From NCBI GenBank assembly GCA_018650465.1, contig JABIFY010000035.1, positions 45,526 through 109,525 on the forward strand: DNA of 64,000 bases. The letters run 5' to 3'. How positions within the stretch are numbered: position 1 is the stretch's first letter; each line of letters opens with the position of its first letter. Source of the DNA: Alphaproteobacteria bacterium. Its GTDB lineage: Bacteria; Pseudomonadota; Alphaproteobacteria; UBA2966. A model generated the notes under the pieces. That model saw only the letters and a program-made list of their open reading frames with translations, searched no databases and was not told the DNA's origin. This document shows, in pieces, positions 9,996 to 20,968 of the stretch. Both the position numbers and the translations under genes were made by a program.

Positions 9996-10865
9996 ATGAT
10001 GATTGAGTATGAAAACTATGTCGCGGCCACGTCAGTGGCTGAGGCAACCAAGACCCTGGCGGAAGGTAACGCAACAGTTGTTGCCGGTGGAACCGACTTG
10101 ATGGTTCAAACAGCTGCCAGTGGCCGTGGTGCAAATACGACGCTGCTAAATATCCGCCGGATCAGTGATTTACGCGGTGTTGCTCTGGATGGGGGTCGAG
10201 TGACCATTGGTGCCCTGACGACCATCACAGATCTATTGACGGATGGCGTCGTTGCTGATGCCGCTTCGATCCTGGCTGACACGGCAAATCGCTTTGCCAG
10301 CAACCAGATCAGGAACATGGCGACGGTAGGCGGTAATATCTGTAATGCGTCACCTGCGGGCGACATGATCATTCCCTTGTTGGTGCTGGATGCTGATGTG
10401 GAACTCAGCGCCTGGCGTGACGGGGCAGTTACAACTCGCGCAGTTGCCCTGAACGAATTTTTCACTGGCCCCGGCAAATGCGTGAAGACGGAAGACGAAT
10501 TGCTCACCAGTATTTCCTTCAATCGTCCAGCGGAAGGTTTTGTCGGCCAGTTTGGCAAAACCGGCCCGCGCCCGGCCCTGGAAATTTCCATGGTCTCCGT
10601 TGGTGTTGGCGGTATTGTCGATAACGGCGGCCTGACCAATGCCCGCGTGGTTTATGGCGCTGTGGCCCCAACGCCGATCCGTGCCGCCAAAACCGAAGCT
10701 GCCCTGGAAGGACTGTCGCTTAATGAAGCCTCGATTCAGTCCGTTCTGGATGTGGCTGACAGTGAAGTGAATCCAATTTCAGATGTACGCGCTTCCGACT
10801 GGTATCGCCGCCATCTCGTCCGTGTCATGACTCAAGAGGTTCTGCAAAATGTCGCAAATGGTTAA
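9996..10865 (+). CDS. Molybdenum hydroxylase FAD-binding (medium, CoxM-like) subunit
   Basis: 289-aa ORF. VVAGGTDLMV, ATVGGNICNASPAGD and a C-terminal CO-dehydrogenase-flavoprotein-like domain (SDVRASDWYRRHL). Confidence 0.85.
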   Translation: MMIEYENYVAATSVAEATKTLAEGNATVVAGGTDLMVQTAASGRGANTTLLNIRRISDLRGVALDGGRVTIGALTTITDLLTDGVVADAASILADTANRFASNQIRNMATVGGNICNASPAGDMIIPLLVLDADVELSAWRDGAVTTRAVALNEFFTGPGKCVKTEDELLTSISFNRPAEGFVGQFGKTGPRPALEISMVSVGVGGIVDNGGLTNARVVYGAVAPTPIRAAKTEAALEGLSLNEASIQSVLDVADSEVNPISDVRASDWYRRHLVRVMTQEVLQNVANG

Positions 10866-11316
10866 TATCATCGTCACCGTCAATGGTGAAAAACGCCACG
10901 TCTCGGTAACCCCTGGCCTGAGCGTACTGAACATGCTGCGCGACAACCTGGACCTGACTGGTGCCAAGCTGGTCTGTGGTGAAGGCGAATGCGGTGCTTG
11001 CACCGTCATCGTTGACGGCGTGTCGGTCAATTCTTGCCTGATGTATGCGGTTGAACTTGATGGCCGTGAGGTCACCACTGTTGAAGGCCTGCAAAGCTCA
11101 GAAAAGCTTGATCCGGTACAACAGGCCTTTGTCGACAAGGGCGCTATCCAGTGTGGTTATTGCACGCCAGGTATGGTCATGCAGACGACTCATTTGTTGA
11201 GTAAAAACGGCAAGCCGAACGACGAGGAAATTCGTCGTGGCCTGGAAGGCAATGTCTGTCGCTGCACCGGCTATACCAAGATCATCGAAGCCGTCAATCA
11301 AGCAGCTGAAGGATAA
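10849..11316 (+). CDS. Molybdenum hydroxylase [2Fe-2S] (small, CoxS-like) subunit
   Basis: 155-aa ORF. CGEGECGACTV and QCGYCTPGM...CRCTGY cluster motifs. The start could instead be the ATG at 10858. Confidence 0.9.
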   Translation: MSQMVNIIVTVNGEKRHVSVTPGLSVLNMLRDNLDLTGAKLVCGEGECGACTVIVDGVSVNSCLMYAVELDGREVTTVEGLQSSEKLDPVQQAFVDKGAIQCGYCTPGMVMQTTHLLSKNGKPNDEEIRRGLEGNVCRCTGYTKIIEAVNQAAEG

Positions 11317-11327
11317 GGGAAAACGCC

Positions 11328-13649
11328 ATGTCTGAAGCTATTGAAAAAACCACCCTCATTGGTAAAAGCATAACCAAACCGGACGCTCCGGACAAATCCA
11401 ACGGGCGCACGCGCTATATCAACGATATGGTGTTGCCGCGCATGTTGATTGGCAAGATCAAGCGCTCCGACCGGGCGCATGCCAAGGTGCTCAGCATAGA
11501 TACATCGAAGGCTGCTGCCGTTCCAGGCATCCAGGCCATCGTCACGGCTGATGACACGCCCATGGTTGGCGTCGGTGTCACCAAGGATAATCCACCGCTG
11601 AAAAAAGACATTGTGCTCAGTATGCGCGATGAACTTGTGGCTGTGGCTGGCGAGACGGAAGAAGCTGTCGACAAGGCCCTGGCCTTGATCGAAATCGAAT
11701 ATGAAGACTTGCCCGCCATTTTCGATCCGGCTGAGGCCCTCGAGGAGGGTGCGCACCAAATGCATGATGACAAGCCGGGGAATCTCAGTCTTGGTTATCA
11801 AACGGTGCATGGCGACATCAAGCAGGCGGAAAAGGATTCCGATCATGTGCTGGATGAAGTCTATGACGTGCACTACGTCACCCATGTCTGCATGGGGCCG
11901 GGTTGTGTCATTGCTGATTTTGACACCCATGGCAAACTGACCATGTATACCCAGACCCAGTATCCCTACAATTACAAGATGGATCTGGCACCATCACTTG
12001 GCATGCATCCCGGTGATATCCGGGTTATCCAGCCCCCAGTGGGCGGTGCCTTTGGCTCGAAACTGGATGTCTATCCCTTTGAGCCCATTGCCGTATTCCT
12101 GGCCAAGAAAACCCGTCGTCCGGTCAAGGTGATCTTCAGTCGCGAAGAAGAATTTTCAGCCTCCCCGACGCGCCAGCCCGCCCGCTTCCATATTCGCGCT
12201 GGTGTCAAAAATGACGGGACCCTGACCTTCCGTGATGTCGACGCCCTGTTGAATAATGGCAGTCACACGTCCTGGGGTGCGACCACGCCCTTTGTCATGA
12301 TGCGGACCTTTACCGGTCACTTCCGGGTGCCGGATGTTGAATTCCGCTCACGCGCAGCCTACACGAATATGCCCTATGCCGGTTCGTTCCGGGGTTATGG
12401 CAATGTGCAGGCGACCTATGTCACGGCAACGGTCATGGACAAACTGGCCGAAGCTGTAAACATGGATCCCATTTCCTTCCGCCTGATGAACGCTCAGAAG
12501 GCCGGTGAAATCACACCACAAAACAGTAAACTGGAAGAATGTTTGCTGGGTGAGTGCATCGAAACGGTCGCGGAAAAAACAAATTTCCTTGAACAATACA
12601 ATGCCTTCAAGGCCGAGCAGGATTCGCCCGGCCGCTACAAAAAAGGCATTGGCATTGCCACATCTTTCCATAATGCCGGAGGCGCTAAAATCCACAAGTC
12701 AGATGGTTGCGGCACTGTGATCATGCTGGATGACTATGCCCGTGCCACTGTCATTACCGGTGCGTCGGAAATTGGCCAGGGCATTGATGCCGTGTTGACG
12801 CAAATCGTTGCTGAAGAACTTGGCATCCCGACTGAAAATATTACACTGGTCAATAACGACAGTGCCATTGGCCCCTGGGATGTGGGTGTGCACGCCAGCC
12901 GCACAACCTTTATCGCCGGGAATTCCGCCAAGCGTGCTGCCCGCAAGGCCCGTGATCAGATACTTGATGCGGCTGCCCAGCGTTCGAACGTTGCCGCGGA
13001 TGACCTTGATTTGCGTGGCGGCAGTGTGGTGCAGAACGACAATGGTGTGCCGGTCATGAAGATCGACAGCCTGTTGCGCAAGATGCATTTTGCCGGCGAA
13101 GACGCCGAACTGGTCATCACCCATGATTATTATGAACCCCCCAGTGAGCCTGAAGGCGACAACCATGTGGGCGATATTTCAGCGGCTTATTCCCACGGCG
13201 CCTATGTGGCCGAGGTAACAGTTGATACCTGGACCGGTGTGGTCAAACTGAACAAGATGACAGCCGTGCAGGATGTTGGCAGGGTCGTCAACAAGCTCGG
13301 TATCGAAGGTCAAATGGAAGGCGGCATAGCCTTTGGTATTGGCTATGGCCTGACCGAAGAAATGATCATCGAAGGCGGGGAAATAAAAAACCCGAACTTC
13401 CGCGATTACAAGGTCATGACAGCGCCGGAAGCACCGGAACTGGAATTCCACTTCATTGAGAATGATGATCCGGATGGACCGTTCGGGGCCAAGGGTATTG
13501 CCGAGTTGCCAACCATTATTCCGGCACCAGCCATTGCCAATGCTGTTTACAATGCCATTGGCATTCGTTTCAACAATCCGCCATTGACCCCTGAAAAGGT
13601 TGCCCGCGCCATTGTCGATAAGCAGGCTGCAAAGGTGGCGGCGGAGTGA
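11328..13649 (+). CDS. Molybdopterin-binding large subunit of a xanthine dehydrogenase/aldehyde oxidase-family hydroxylase
   Basis: 773-aa [22 protein letters not shown]-terminal GAKGIAELP (catalytic Glu context). aaggga SD upstream. Confidence 0.9.
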   Translation: MSEAIEKTTLIGKSITKPDAPDKSNGRTRYINDMVLPRMLIGKIKRSDRAHAKVLSIDTSKAAAVPGIQAIVTADDTPMVGVGVTKDNPPLKKDIVLSMRDELVAVAGETEEAVDKALALIEIEYEDLPAIFDPAEALEEGAHQMHDDKPGNLSLGYQTVHGDIKQAEKDSDHVLDEVYDVHYVTHVCMGPGCVIADFDTHGKLTMYTQTQYPYNYKMDLAPSLGMHPGDIRVIQPPVGGAFGSKLDVYPFEPIAVFLAKKTRRPVKVIFSREEEFSASPTRQPARFHIRAGVKNDGTLTFRDVDALLNNGSHTSWGATTPFVMMRTFTGHFRVPDVEFRSRAAYTNMPYAGSFRGYGNVQATYVTATVMDKLAEAVNMDPISFRLMNAQKAGEITPQNSKLEECLLGECIETVAEKTNFLEQYNAFKAEQDSPGRYKKGIGIATSFHNAGGAKIHKSDGCGTVIMLDDYARATVITGASEIGQGIDAVLTQIVAEELGIPTENITLVNNDSAIGPWDVGVHASRTTFIAGNSAKRAARKARDQILDAAAQRSNVAADDLDLRGGSVVQNDNGVPVMKIDSLLRKMHFAGEDAELVITHDYYEPPSEPEGDNHVGDISAAYSHGAYVAEVTVDTWTGVVKLNKMTAVQDVGRVVNKLGIEGQMEGGIAFGIGYGLTEEMIIEGGEIKNPNFRDYKVMTAPEAPELEFHFIENDDPDGPFGAKGIAELPTIIPAPAIANAVYNAIGIRFNNPPLTPEKVARAIVDKQAAKVAAE

Positions 13650-14854
13650 AACAGCGCACTGTCCTGAGCATGGAACAGGCCTTGTCGATGCCCTCGGCAA
13701 CGCTGCGTTTTGCCCAATTGGGCTGGCGGGTGATCCGCATTGAAGCAACCCCTACGGGTCGTGGATTGCCCGGTGATCCCAATCGCTATATCGGGCCCAA
13801 TGTGGTGGACGATGATCGCTGCACTTATTTCATCGCCCCCAATGCCGGCAAGGAAGCCATTGCCCTCAATCTGAAAGAACCTGAAGGCCAGGCCGTCTTG
13901 CACCGCCTGATCAAGGAACTGGATGTTGATATCTTCTGCTGCAACACCGTGCCGTCGCGGTATGAACAATTGGGCATCGATTATGAAACCCTCAGTGCGA
14001 TCAAGCCGGACCTGATCTGGGCCGGTATCTCCGCCATGGGGCCGGACTACCCAAAAGTGCCGGGTTATGATCCGGCAATCCAGGCCATGGCCGGATTTAT
14101 GGAGGTCACTGGTGATCCGGACGGCCCGCCCACATTGGCCGGTATCCCTTTGATCGACCTGAAAGCGGGCGATGAAGTTTTTGCAGGTGTCTGTCTGGCT
14201 TTGGCGGACCGGGCTGAAACTGGCAAGGGCAAGCGCATTGATGTTTCCATGATGCAGGCGGCGTCTTCGTGGTTGATCACCACATTGCCTCTGATCGATT
14301 TTGATTGTGACTACTCTGAAATTACTCGCAGCGGTAACGAACACCGCAAGTTTGTGCCGACTAACGCTTACAAGACGTCAGATGGCTTTATCTACATGGC
14401 CATGGGCAGCGATGTGCAGTGGCGGCGATTTGTTGAAATTCCAAAATTTGCCGGGCTGGATACAGATCTACGCGGCACCAACAATGGTCGTATGGAAGAC
14501 CGCATAAGTTTGCGGGACGATATCGGCGCGATCATGGTGCAGCATACGACCGCTGAACTATCCGCCGACCTGGCAGGAGCCACTATCCCCAACGCGCCGA
14601 TCAACACCATCCCGCAAGTGCTGGAAACACCGGCCGTAGCGACCAAGGTGACGACAACCAGAACCCCGGCGGGTAAGACGATCCGTATGCAGCCCATGGC
14701 CGTGGATCAACCAAACACCAGTCGGGAAATGAGTTTTCCGCCTAAATATGGCGAACATACGCGCGGTATTATGCTTGAAGCGGGTTATGAGGAAACCGAT
14801 GTAGACGGCTTGGCCAAATCCGGCATCGTCAGTGCCGGTTCTGTCAGCGACTAA
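13646..14854 (+). CDS. Family III CoA-transferase (CaiB/BaiF-like)
   Basis: 402-aa ORF. GTG start in a GTGA overlap with the preceding stop. [12 protein letters not shown], and [23 protein letters not shown] containing the family III Asp motif. Confidence 0.85.
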   Translation: MKQRTVLSMEQALSMPSATLRFAQLGWRVIRIEATPTGRGLPGDPNRYIGPNVVDDDRCTYFIAPNAGKEAIALNLKEPEGQAVLHRLIKELDVDIFCCNTVPSRYEQLGIDYETLSAIKPDLIWAGISAMGPDYPKVPGYDPAIQAMAGFMEVTGDPDGPPTLAGIPLIDLKAGDEVFAGVCLALADRAETGKGKRIDVSMMQAASSWLITTLPLIDFDCDYSEITRSGNEHRKFVPTNAYKTSDGFIYMAMGSDVQWRRFVEIPKFAGLDTDLRGTNNGRMEDRISLRDDIGAIMVQHTTAELSADLAGATIPNAPINTIPQVLETPAVATKVTTTRTPAGKTIRMQPMAVDQPNTSREMSFPPKYGEHTRGIMLEAGYEETDVDGLAKSGIVSAGSVSD

Positions 14855-14876
14855 TCGGGTAAACCGGAACAGGATT

Positions 14877-16403
14877 ATGACGACGGCATTGCCACAGGTT
14901 TTTGACACCGTCGTCCATATGCTGAAGGACGCTGCAGACCGCTCGCCCGCCTCCCCGGCGATTGTTTTTGAAAACCGGCAACTGGATTATGGCCAATATT
15001 GGCGATGCGTTGCGGGCTTTGCAGCAGAATTGCGCGCCCTGGGTGCCAGTGGCCAAAGGGTGGTTCTGATCTGTGGTAATTCGCTGGAGATGGCAGTTTC
15101 CATGTATGCTGTGCAAGCTGCCGGTGCTCAGGCTGTGCCGGTTAATCCGCTTTATACGCCGCGAGAACTCAAGCACATCCTGGTGGACGCCGATCCCGTT
15201 GCCATCATTCTGGACGATAATCTGACAGCATCCCTTGGGCCCTTGTTTGATGAATTGGGAATCGATCACCGCATTCAGGTTGGACCGAAATCTCGCCTGC
15301 TCGATACATGGGTTGAAGATGCTTCGGTGACATTAGCGGATTTGCCTTTAAAGGATGATCTGGCGACCTTGCAATATACCGGGGGTACAACCGGCCTGCC
15401 CAAGGGTGTCGATATCACACACCGCCAGATGGCAACGAATATCAGTCAGCGCGAGGCCAGGTTAGGGACGCAAGCAGACGACGAACGCATATTATGTGTC
15501 ATGCCCCTGTTTCATGTCTTTGCCGTGCATATGTGTCTGTACCTGACAGTATATTGCCGGGGCCAACTGATCATCTTGCCACGCTATCAGCCGGACACTG
15601 TCCTGGCAGCAATCGAAAAATTCCGCATCACACGCTTCCCGGCGGGCCCGACAGTTTATCACGGATTGATGGGCTATGATGGTTTCGCAGCAACTGATTT
15701 TTCCTCGCTACGCACAGCCTGGTCCGGCTCGGCACCTTTGCCGGGCAATACCCTGAAGCGCTGGCAAGAACAAACGAGCTGCCCGATCCTAGAAGGTTAT
15801 GGCCAGTCCGAAGCGGGGCCGGTTTTGACCTACGTGGCGGAAGGTGATCCGGTCAAGCCTGGCAGTGTCGGCAAGGTTTTGCCACTGACCGAAATTCAGA
15901 TCGTCGACACGGAAACCGGCAACCAGGTTTTGGCCGTGGGTGAACAAGGCGAAATTCGTGCTCGCGGGCCTCAGATCATGTCCGGCTATCGCAATCGCGA
16001 AACGGAAACGGCCGCAACGTTGCGCGGAGGCTGGCTTTATACCGGTGACATCGGCGAGATGGACGAAGATGGCGACCTCTATATCCGGGATCGCAAGAAA
16101 GATATGGCCATTGTCGGCGGATACAACGTCTATCCCAGGGAAATTGACGAAGTTCTGTACGCCCATCCTGATGTAATTGAGGCTGCGGCTATTGGTGTTG
16201 CCGATGATTATCGCGGGGAAGTCATCCGGGCCTTTGTGGTAGCCGGTAATTCATCTGTCAGCGTCGATGATCTGTTGGAACATTGCCGCCTGAACCTTGC
16301 GCGCTATAAAATTCCTGCCGTGCTCGAACTGGTTAACGACCTGCCAAAAACAGCAGTCGGGAAAATTGATAAAAAAGCTCTTCGCGAATCTACCAACGCC
16401 TGA
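14877..16403 (+). CDS. AMP-dependent acyl-CoA synthetase/ligase (second copy)
   Basis: The ORF track gives 14832. I prefer the ATG at 14877 (MTTALPQVF), which avoids overlap with the upstream gene. LQYTGGTTGLPKGV, GDLYIRDRKKDMAIVGGYNVYP, PKTAVGKI. Confidence 0.85.
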   Translation: MTTALPQVFDTVVHMLKDAADRSPASPAIVFENRQLDYGQYWRCVAGFAAELRALGASGQRVVLICGNSLEMAVSMYAVQAAGAQAVPVNPLYTPRELKHILVDADPVAIILDDNLTASLGPLFDELGIDHRIQVGPKSRLLDTWVEDASVTLADLPLKDDLATLQYTGGTTGLPKGVDITHRQMATNISQREARLGTQADDERILCVMPLFHVFAVHMCLYLTVYCRGQLIILPRYQPDTVLAAIEKFRITRFPAGPTVYHGLMGYDGFAATDFSSLRTAWSGSAPLPGNTLKRWQEQTSCPILEGYGQSEAGPVLTYVAEGDPVKPGSVGKVLPLTEIQIVDTETGNQVLAVGEQGEIRARGPQIMSGYRNRETETAATLRGGWLYTGDIGEMDEDGDLYIRDRKKDMAIVGGYNVYPREIDEVLYAHPDVIEAAAIGVADDYRGEVIRAFVVAGNSSVSVDDLLEHCRLNLARYKIPAVLELVNDLPKTAVGKIDKKALRESTNA

Positions 16404-16432
16404 AAAATCTGAAGAATAAAGGACCCCAACCC

Positions 16433-17635
16433 ATGTCACACACCGCACAAATCCCCTATGGCGCCTACTGGAGCACTCCGTTTGCCAAATGGCAGGGCAG
16501 TCTCGCCCATCTTCATTCGGTTGAATTCGGCGCTTACGTCGCCAAGAACGAGCTGAAGAAGCGCGACATTTCGGCTGACGTCTTTGACTATGGTGTGATG
16601 GGCATTTCCGTGCCGCAAAAGGCTTCATTCTATGGCGCACCCTGGTTCATGGGCATGATCGGTGCCGCAGATGTTGGCGGCCCCGCCATTTCCCAGGCTT
16701 GTGCCACTGGTGTGCGGACATTGCAAAACGCTGTCCAGGAAGTTGACAATGATTTTGCCTCCGTGGCGTTGGTTGCCAACGTTGACCGTGTATCGAACGG
16801 CCCGCACCTTTATTACCCCAATCCCAAAGGCCCCGGCGGCAAGGGCGGGCACGAAGACTGGACCCTGGACAACATGCTCGCTGACCCTCTTGGTGGACAC
16901 AGCATGCTGCAGACGGCTGAAAATGTTGCGGCGCGTCACCAGGTCACAACCGAAGCCCAACACGAAGTTGTCCTGCGTCGCGAGGAACAGTATCAGGATG
17001 CCCTGGCAGATGATTCAGCCTTTCTGAAACGCTTCATGACCCTGCCTTTTGATGTTCCTTCGGCCAACTACAAGAAGACCGTGGCGACACTGGATGGTGA
17101 TGAGGGGCTGAAACCTTCAACAGCAGAAGGCCTTGCCAAACTTCGCCCTGTCATGGAAGGCGGCACGGTGACCTTCGGTGCGCAAACTCATCCCGCCGAT
17201 GGTAACGCCTGTATCGTTGTGGCCACACCCGACAAGGCGCGGGAACTCAGCAAGGACAAGAATATCGTAATCGAAATTCTTGGTTTCGGCATGGCCCGTG
17301 CCGAATTGGCCTACATGCCGGAAGCACCGGTCCCGGCTGCCATGAAGGCACTGGAGAAAGCCGGCCTCACCATTGCCGATCTGGATGCAGTGAAGACCCA
17401 CAACCCCTTCGCAGCCAATGATGTCTATTTCGCCAGCCAGACCGGTTATGATCTCAACAAGATGAATAATTACGGCTGTCCCCTTGTCTGGGGCCATCCC
17501 CAGGCCCCAATGGGCACGCGCGGCATTATTGAATTAATCGAAGAACTGGTCATCCGCGGCGGAGGTACCGGCTTGTTCACAGGCTGCGCTGCGGGCGATA
17601 CGGCCATGGCAACTGTTGTGAAAGTTTCTGGTTGA
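16433..17635 (+). CDS. Thiolase-family acetyl-CoA C-acyltransferase-like protein
   Basis: 400-aa ORF. N-terminal Cys context SQACATG. C-terminal WGHPQAPMGTRG and GCAAGD, so Cys-His-Cys appears present. Confidence 0.8.
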   Translation: MSHTAQIPYGAYWSTPFAKWQGSLAHLHSVEFGAYVAKNELKKRDISADVFDYGVMGISVPQKASFYGAPWFMGMIGAADVGGPAISQACATGVRTLQNAVQEVDNDFASVALVANVDRVSNGPHLYYPNPKGPGGKGGHEDWTLDNMLADPLGGHSMLQTAENVAARHQVTTEAQHEVVLRREEQYQDALADDSAFLKRFMTLPFDVPSANYKKTVATLDGDEGLKPSTAEGLAKLRPVMEGGTVTFGAQTHPADGNACIVVATPDKARELSKDKNIVIEILGFGMARAELAYMPEAPVPAAMKALEKAGLTIADLDAVKTHNPFAANDVYFASQTGYDLNKMNNYGCPLVWGHPQAPMGTRGIIELIEELVIRGGGTGLFTGCAAGDTAMATVVKVSG

Positions 17636-17686
17636 TTCTTTCTGACGGCTCTTGATCTGACGGGGTGGAGGCTGTAGTTAGCGCCC

Positions 17687-19489
17687 ATGGCTCCACCCGT
17701 CCTCCATCTTCGCGACATAGAACTCTCATTCGGCACCACGCCTCTTCTCGAAGGGGCGGAGATGGCCGTTATGAGCGGTGATCGATTGTGCCTCGTTGGG
17801 CGCAATGGTTCCGGCAAATCAACTTTGCTCAAAATCGCTGCTGGCCTGATTGATATTGATGGCGGCGAACGCTTTGTGCAGCCCGGTACCACGGTGCGCT
17901 ACCTCGCCCAGGAACCGGACCTCAGCAATTTTGAGACAACGCTGGCTTACGCGGAATCAGGTCTGACAGCCGGGGATGATCCCTGGCGGGCGCAGTATCT
18001 ATTGCAGCAACTGGGTTTGACCGGCGAGGAAGACCCCAAGGTTTTATCAGGTGGCGAAGCAAGGCGCTGTGCCCTGGCCCAGGCCATGGCCCCCGAGCCT
18101 GATATCCTGCTGCTGGACGAGCCCACGAACCACCTTGATTTGCCTGCTATTGAATGGCTGGAAAGCGAGCTTAAGGGGTTGAGGTCGGCCTTGGTCATGA
18201 TCAGTCACGACAGAAGCTTCCTCAACGCCTTGTCGACGGCGACGATCTGGCTGGACCGGGGTGTTGCCCGGCGCATGGATCGTGGTTTCCCGCATTTTGA
18301 AAACTGGCGCGACGAGGTTCTGGAACAAGAACAACTGGAACGCCACAAACTTGATCGCAAGATCGTGCGCGAAGAACACTGGATTACCTATGGTGTGACC
18401 GCGCGACGCAAGAGAAATCAGGGGCGCTTGCGTGAACTGGCGACCTTGCGCCAAACCCGCAAGGATCAACGCCAGGCGACCGGCAACGTCAAGATTACCG
18501 TGACCGAAGGCGAGACCTCCGGCAAGCGCGTGGCCGAGGCCAAAAACATCTCCAAGATCTGGGACGGCCCACCTGTTGTGAGCGACCTCAGTCTGCGTAT
18601 TCAGCGTGGGGATCGCCTGGGCATTGTTGGCCCCAACGGTGCCGGCAAGACAACGCTGCTGAAGATGCTGACCGGAGAACTGGAACCAGATTCTGGTTCC
18701 GTCAAACTGGGCACGACCTTGCAAATGGTAAGCCTGGATCAGCGCCGTGACAGTTTGAAGCCGGACTGGAGCCTGCAAGATGCCTTGACCGGCGGTGTCG
18801 GCGACCTGGTTGAGGTCAACGGCCAATCCCGCCACGTGATGAGTTACATGAAGGACTTCCTGTTTGCGCCGGAACAAGCTCGTACCGTCGTCAGCGCCTT
18901 GTCAGGAGGTGAGCGGGGTCGCTTGTTACTGGCCATGGCTTTGGCCAAACCATCCAACCTGTTGATCCTGGATGAGCCCACCAACGACCTTGATCTGGAA
19001 ACCCTGGATCTGTTGCAGGAGATGCTGGCGAACTATCCCGGCACGGCCCTGATCGTCAGCCACGACCGTGATTTTCTTGATCGCGTGGCGACGTCAATCC
19101 TGGTCTTCGAAGGTGATGGCCGGTGGATTGAATATGCCGGTGGCTATAACGATATGCTGGCTCAACGCAAGGCATCCGTAACGTCGAACGTGGAAGCCGG
19201 GCAAAAAACCCGACAATCAAAGGCTGGGGCAGCGAAAAATAAATCTGCTTCCCGTATGACTTTCAAGGACAAACACGCCCTTGAAACCCTGCCGGATCAA
19301 ATGGCCAAAATTCAGGTCGACATCAAAGATTTTCAGGCCACACTGGCTGACCCGGATATGTTCGCCAGAAACCCCGACAAGTTTAATGGCGCTGTTAAAT
19401 CACTTGAAAAATCCCAGGTCAAACTCGCCTCTTGCGAAGAACGCTGGCTCGAACTGGAAATGATGCGCGAGGAAATCGAGGCCGGTTAG
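17687..19489 (+). CDS. ABC-F family ATPase (Uup-like, two ABC domains plus C-terminal coiled coil)
   Basis: 600-aa ORF. Two Walker A sites (GRNGSGKST, GPNGAGKTT), two LSGGE signatures, no TM segments. Confidence 0.9.
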   Translation: MAPPVLHLRDIELSFGTTPLLEGAEMAVMSGDRLCLVGRNGSGKSTLLKIAAGLIDIDGGERFVQPGTTVRYLAQEPDLSNFETTLAYAESGLTAGDDPWRAQYLLQQLGLTGEEDPKVLSGGEARRCALAQAMAPEPDILLLDEPTNHLDLPAIEWLESELKGLRSALVMISHDRSFLNALSTATIWLDRGVARRMDRGFPHFENWRDEVLEQEQLERHKLDRKIVREEHWITYGVTARRKRNQGRLRELATLRQTRKDQRQATGNVKITVTEGETSGKRVAEAKNISKIWDGPPVVSDLSLRIQRGDRLGIVGPNGAGKTTLLKMLTGELEPDSGSVKLGTTLQMVSLDQRRDSLKPDWSLQDALTGGVGDLVEVNGQSRHVMSYMKDFLFAPEQARTVVSALSGGERGRLLLAMALAKPSNLLILDEPTNDLDLETLDLLQEMLANYPGTALIVSHDRDFLDRVATSILVFEGDGRWIEYAGGYNDMLAQRKASVTSNVEAGQKTRQSKAGAAKNKSASRMTFKDKHALETLPDQMAKIQVDIKDFQATLADPDMFARNPDKFNGAVKSLEKSQVKLASCEERWLELEMMREEIEAG

Positions 19490-19493
19490 CGCC

Positions 19494-20129
19494 TTACAAC
19501 AATTCTTTGTTCAGCGTGTAGATCCCTGTACAGCTGCCTTTGGCCAGAACATGGCCCTCCATAGCAGCCAAGGCTTCCGGGCCACCGAAGTCGCCGTTTA
19601 AACCAAGGCTGGCGGTATCCAGGGCGTACACCGTAAAAATGTAATGGTGCATAATTTCGTCGTTCCAGGGCGGGCAGGGGCCGTCGTAGCCGCCGTAGGT
19701 ACCGCCCATGTCGGCATCGCCTGCGAACCAGTCGGTGAAGTTGTTTTTGCCGCGCACGCCAATATCTGTGGGCCCGATATCCTTGCCGCCTGCGGTGATT
19801 TCAGCACCGTCGGCACCTTCCGCCAGTGCGGTTGTTGAGGCGGCGATATCAACCAGGACCCAGTGATAAAAATCGATACGTGGCAGGCTGGCGGGCACGG
19901 TTTTGCCTTCCTGATTGACGTCGTCAGCAGCGGATGGCACGTCTGGATCATGGCAAATTATGGCATAGCTTTTTGTGGCATCTGATGCCCCTGACCAGGA
20001 CATAGCCGGACTCTTATTGTCCCCCATGCTCACATTTCCGACCTCTGCAGGCACGCAAAATGCATTTGCGCCGACAATCCGTTCTCCGTCAGCCCAGTTC
20101 TCGATTTTCACAGATAGTTCGGCAGTCAT
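19494..20129 (-). CDS. YbhB/YbcL (PEBP/Raf-kinase-inhibitor-like) family protein
   Basis: The track ORF extends to 20171. I prefer the ATG at 20129 (MTAELSV), preceded by ggggagaaatatc. CHDPDVPS and YHW motifs are typical of bacterial PEBP. Confidence 0.75.
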   Translation of the reverse strand: MTAELSVKIENWADGERIVGANAFCVPAEVGNVSMGDNKSPAMSWSGASDATKSYAIICHDPDVPSAADDVNQEGKTVPASLPRIDFYHWVLVDIAASTTALAEGADGAEITAGGKDIGPTDIGVRGKNNFTDWFAGDADMGGTYGGYDGPCPPWNDEIMHHYIFTVYALDTASLGLNGDFGGPEALAAMEGHVLAKGSCTGIYTLNKELL

Positions 20130-20225
20130 GATATTTCTCCCCGGAATGAATTTGTTGATCTGATTATCCATATCCTCGACACTGGTACAAACATCTATTT
20201 TCCTTATTCGGGTGGATTACAAAAA

Positions 20226-20942
20226 ATGGCGGACGTTACCGAAGAAATGTTGACGGCTTTGAAAACAGTCTCGACGGCAACCCTGACGATGCAGCTTTTG
20301 AAACGCGGCTTGCGGACCTGTTTCATTTCCGGGGCACAGCCTCTGGTCGCGGACACACCGCGTATCGCGGCTGAGGCTTATACCCTGCGCTTCATTCCCT
20401 TGCGTGAGGACCTGAGTGTGCCAGAGGTTCTGGGTGATCCTGAATATCCGCCGCGCAAGGCCATTGAAGATATTCCACCGGGCCAGATTATGGTTATTGA
20501 TAGCCGCGGTGTGCAAACGGCGGGCACCATCGGCGATATCCTGGCACTGCGTATGAAAATACGGGGGGCGGCTGGTGTGGTAACGGACGGGCCGGTGCGT
20601 GATGGCGGGGCCGTGGCGGAAACAGGCTTGCCCGTCTTTTGTTCGGGCACAGTGGCCCCGGCCAGCATCGGGGCGCATTTTGGTGCTGATTTACAGTGCC
20701 CGATTGCCTGCGGCGGGGCGGCTGTTTTTCCGGGCGATGTGATCGTGGCCGATGATGATGGTGCCGTGGTTATCCCGCGCAAGCTGGTGGCGGATATTTC
20801 ACAAACCGCACCGGAACAGGAACAGCTGGAAGAATTTCTCAAATCCCGCATTGCCGATGGGCATATGAGCTTTGGCACCTATCCGCCGAACGAAGAAACC
20901 CTGGCGGCATATGCTGAGTGGAAAAATGGAACTGCGCAGTAA
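20226..20942 (+). CDS. RraA-family protein (HMG/CHA aldolase / oxaloacetate decarboxylase-like)
   Basis: 238-aa ORF. GDILALRMKIRGAAGVVTDGPVRD and GDVIVADDDGAVVIP are typical of the RraA/demethylmenaquinone-methyltransferase-like fold. Confidence 0.75.
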   Translation: MADVTEEMLTALKTVSTATLTMQLLKRGLRTCFISGAQPLVADTPRIAAEAYTLRFIPLREDLSVPEVLGDPEYPPRKAIEDIPPGQIMVIDSRGVQTAGTIGDILALRMKIRGAAGVVTDGPVRDGGAVAETGLPVFCSGTVAPASIGAHFGADLQCPIACGGAAVFPGDVIVADDDGAVVIPRKLVADISQTAPEQEQLEEFLKSRIADGHMSFGTYPPNEETLAAYAEWKNGTAQ

Positions 20943-20968
20943 CGACTGATCTGGCCGCAACTCTCTCC

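Noticed and set aside
9996-13649. Possible aerobic carbon monoxide dehydrogenase (coxMSL gene order).
   Set aside because: The large subunit shows AGSFRGYG rather than the CODH active-site loops (VAYRCSFR or AYRGAGR as I recall them). The genes are embedded in an acyl-CoA operon with no coxDEFG accessory genes. I therefore call it a generic XDH-family hydroxylase.
19487-19496. Convergent ABC-F and PEBP genes whose stop codons are separated by only 4 nt, with no room for a terminator.
   Set aside because: This is real but common in compact genomes. There is no additional signal to interpret.
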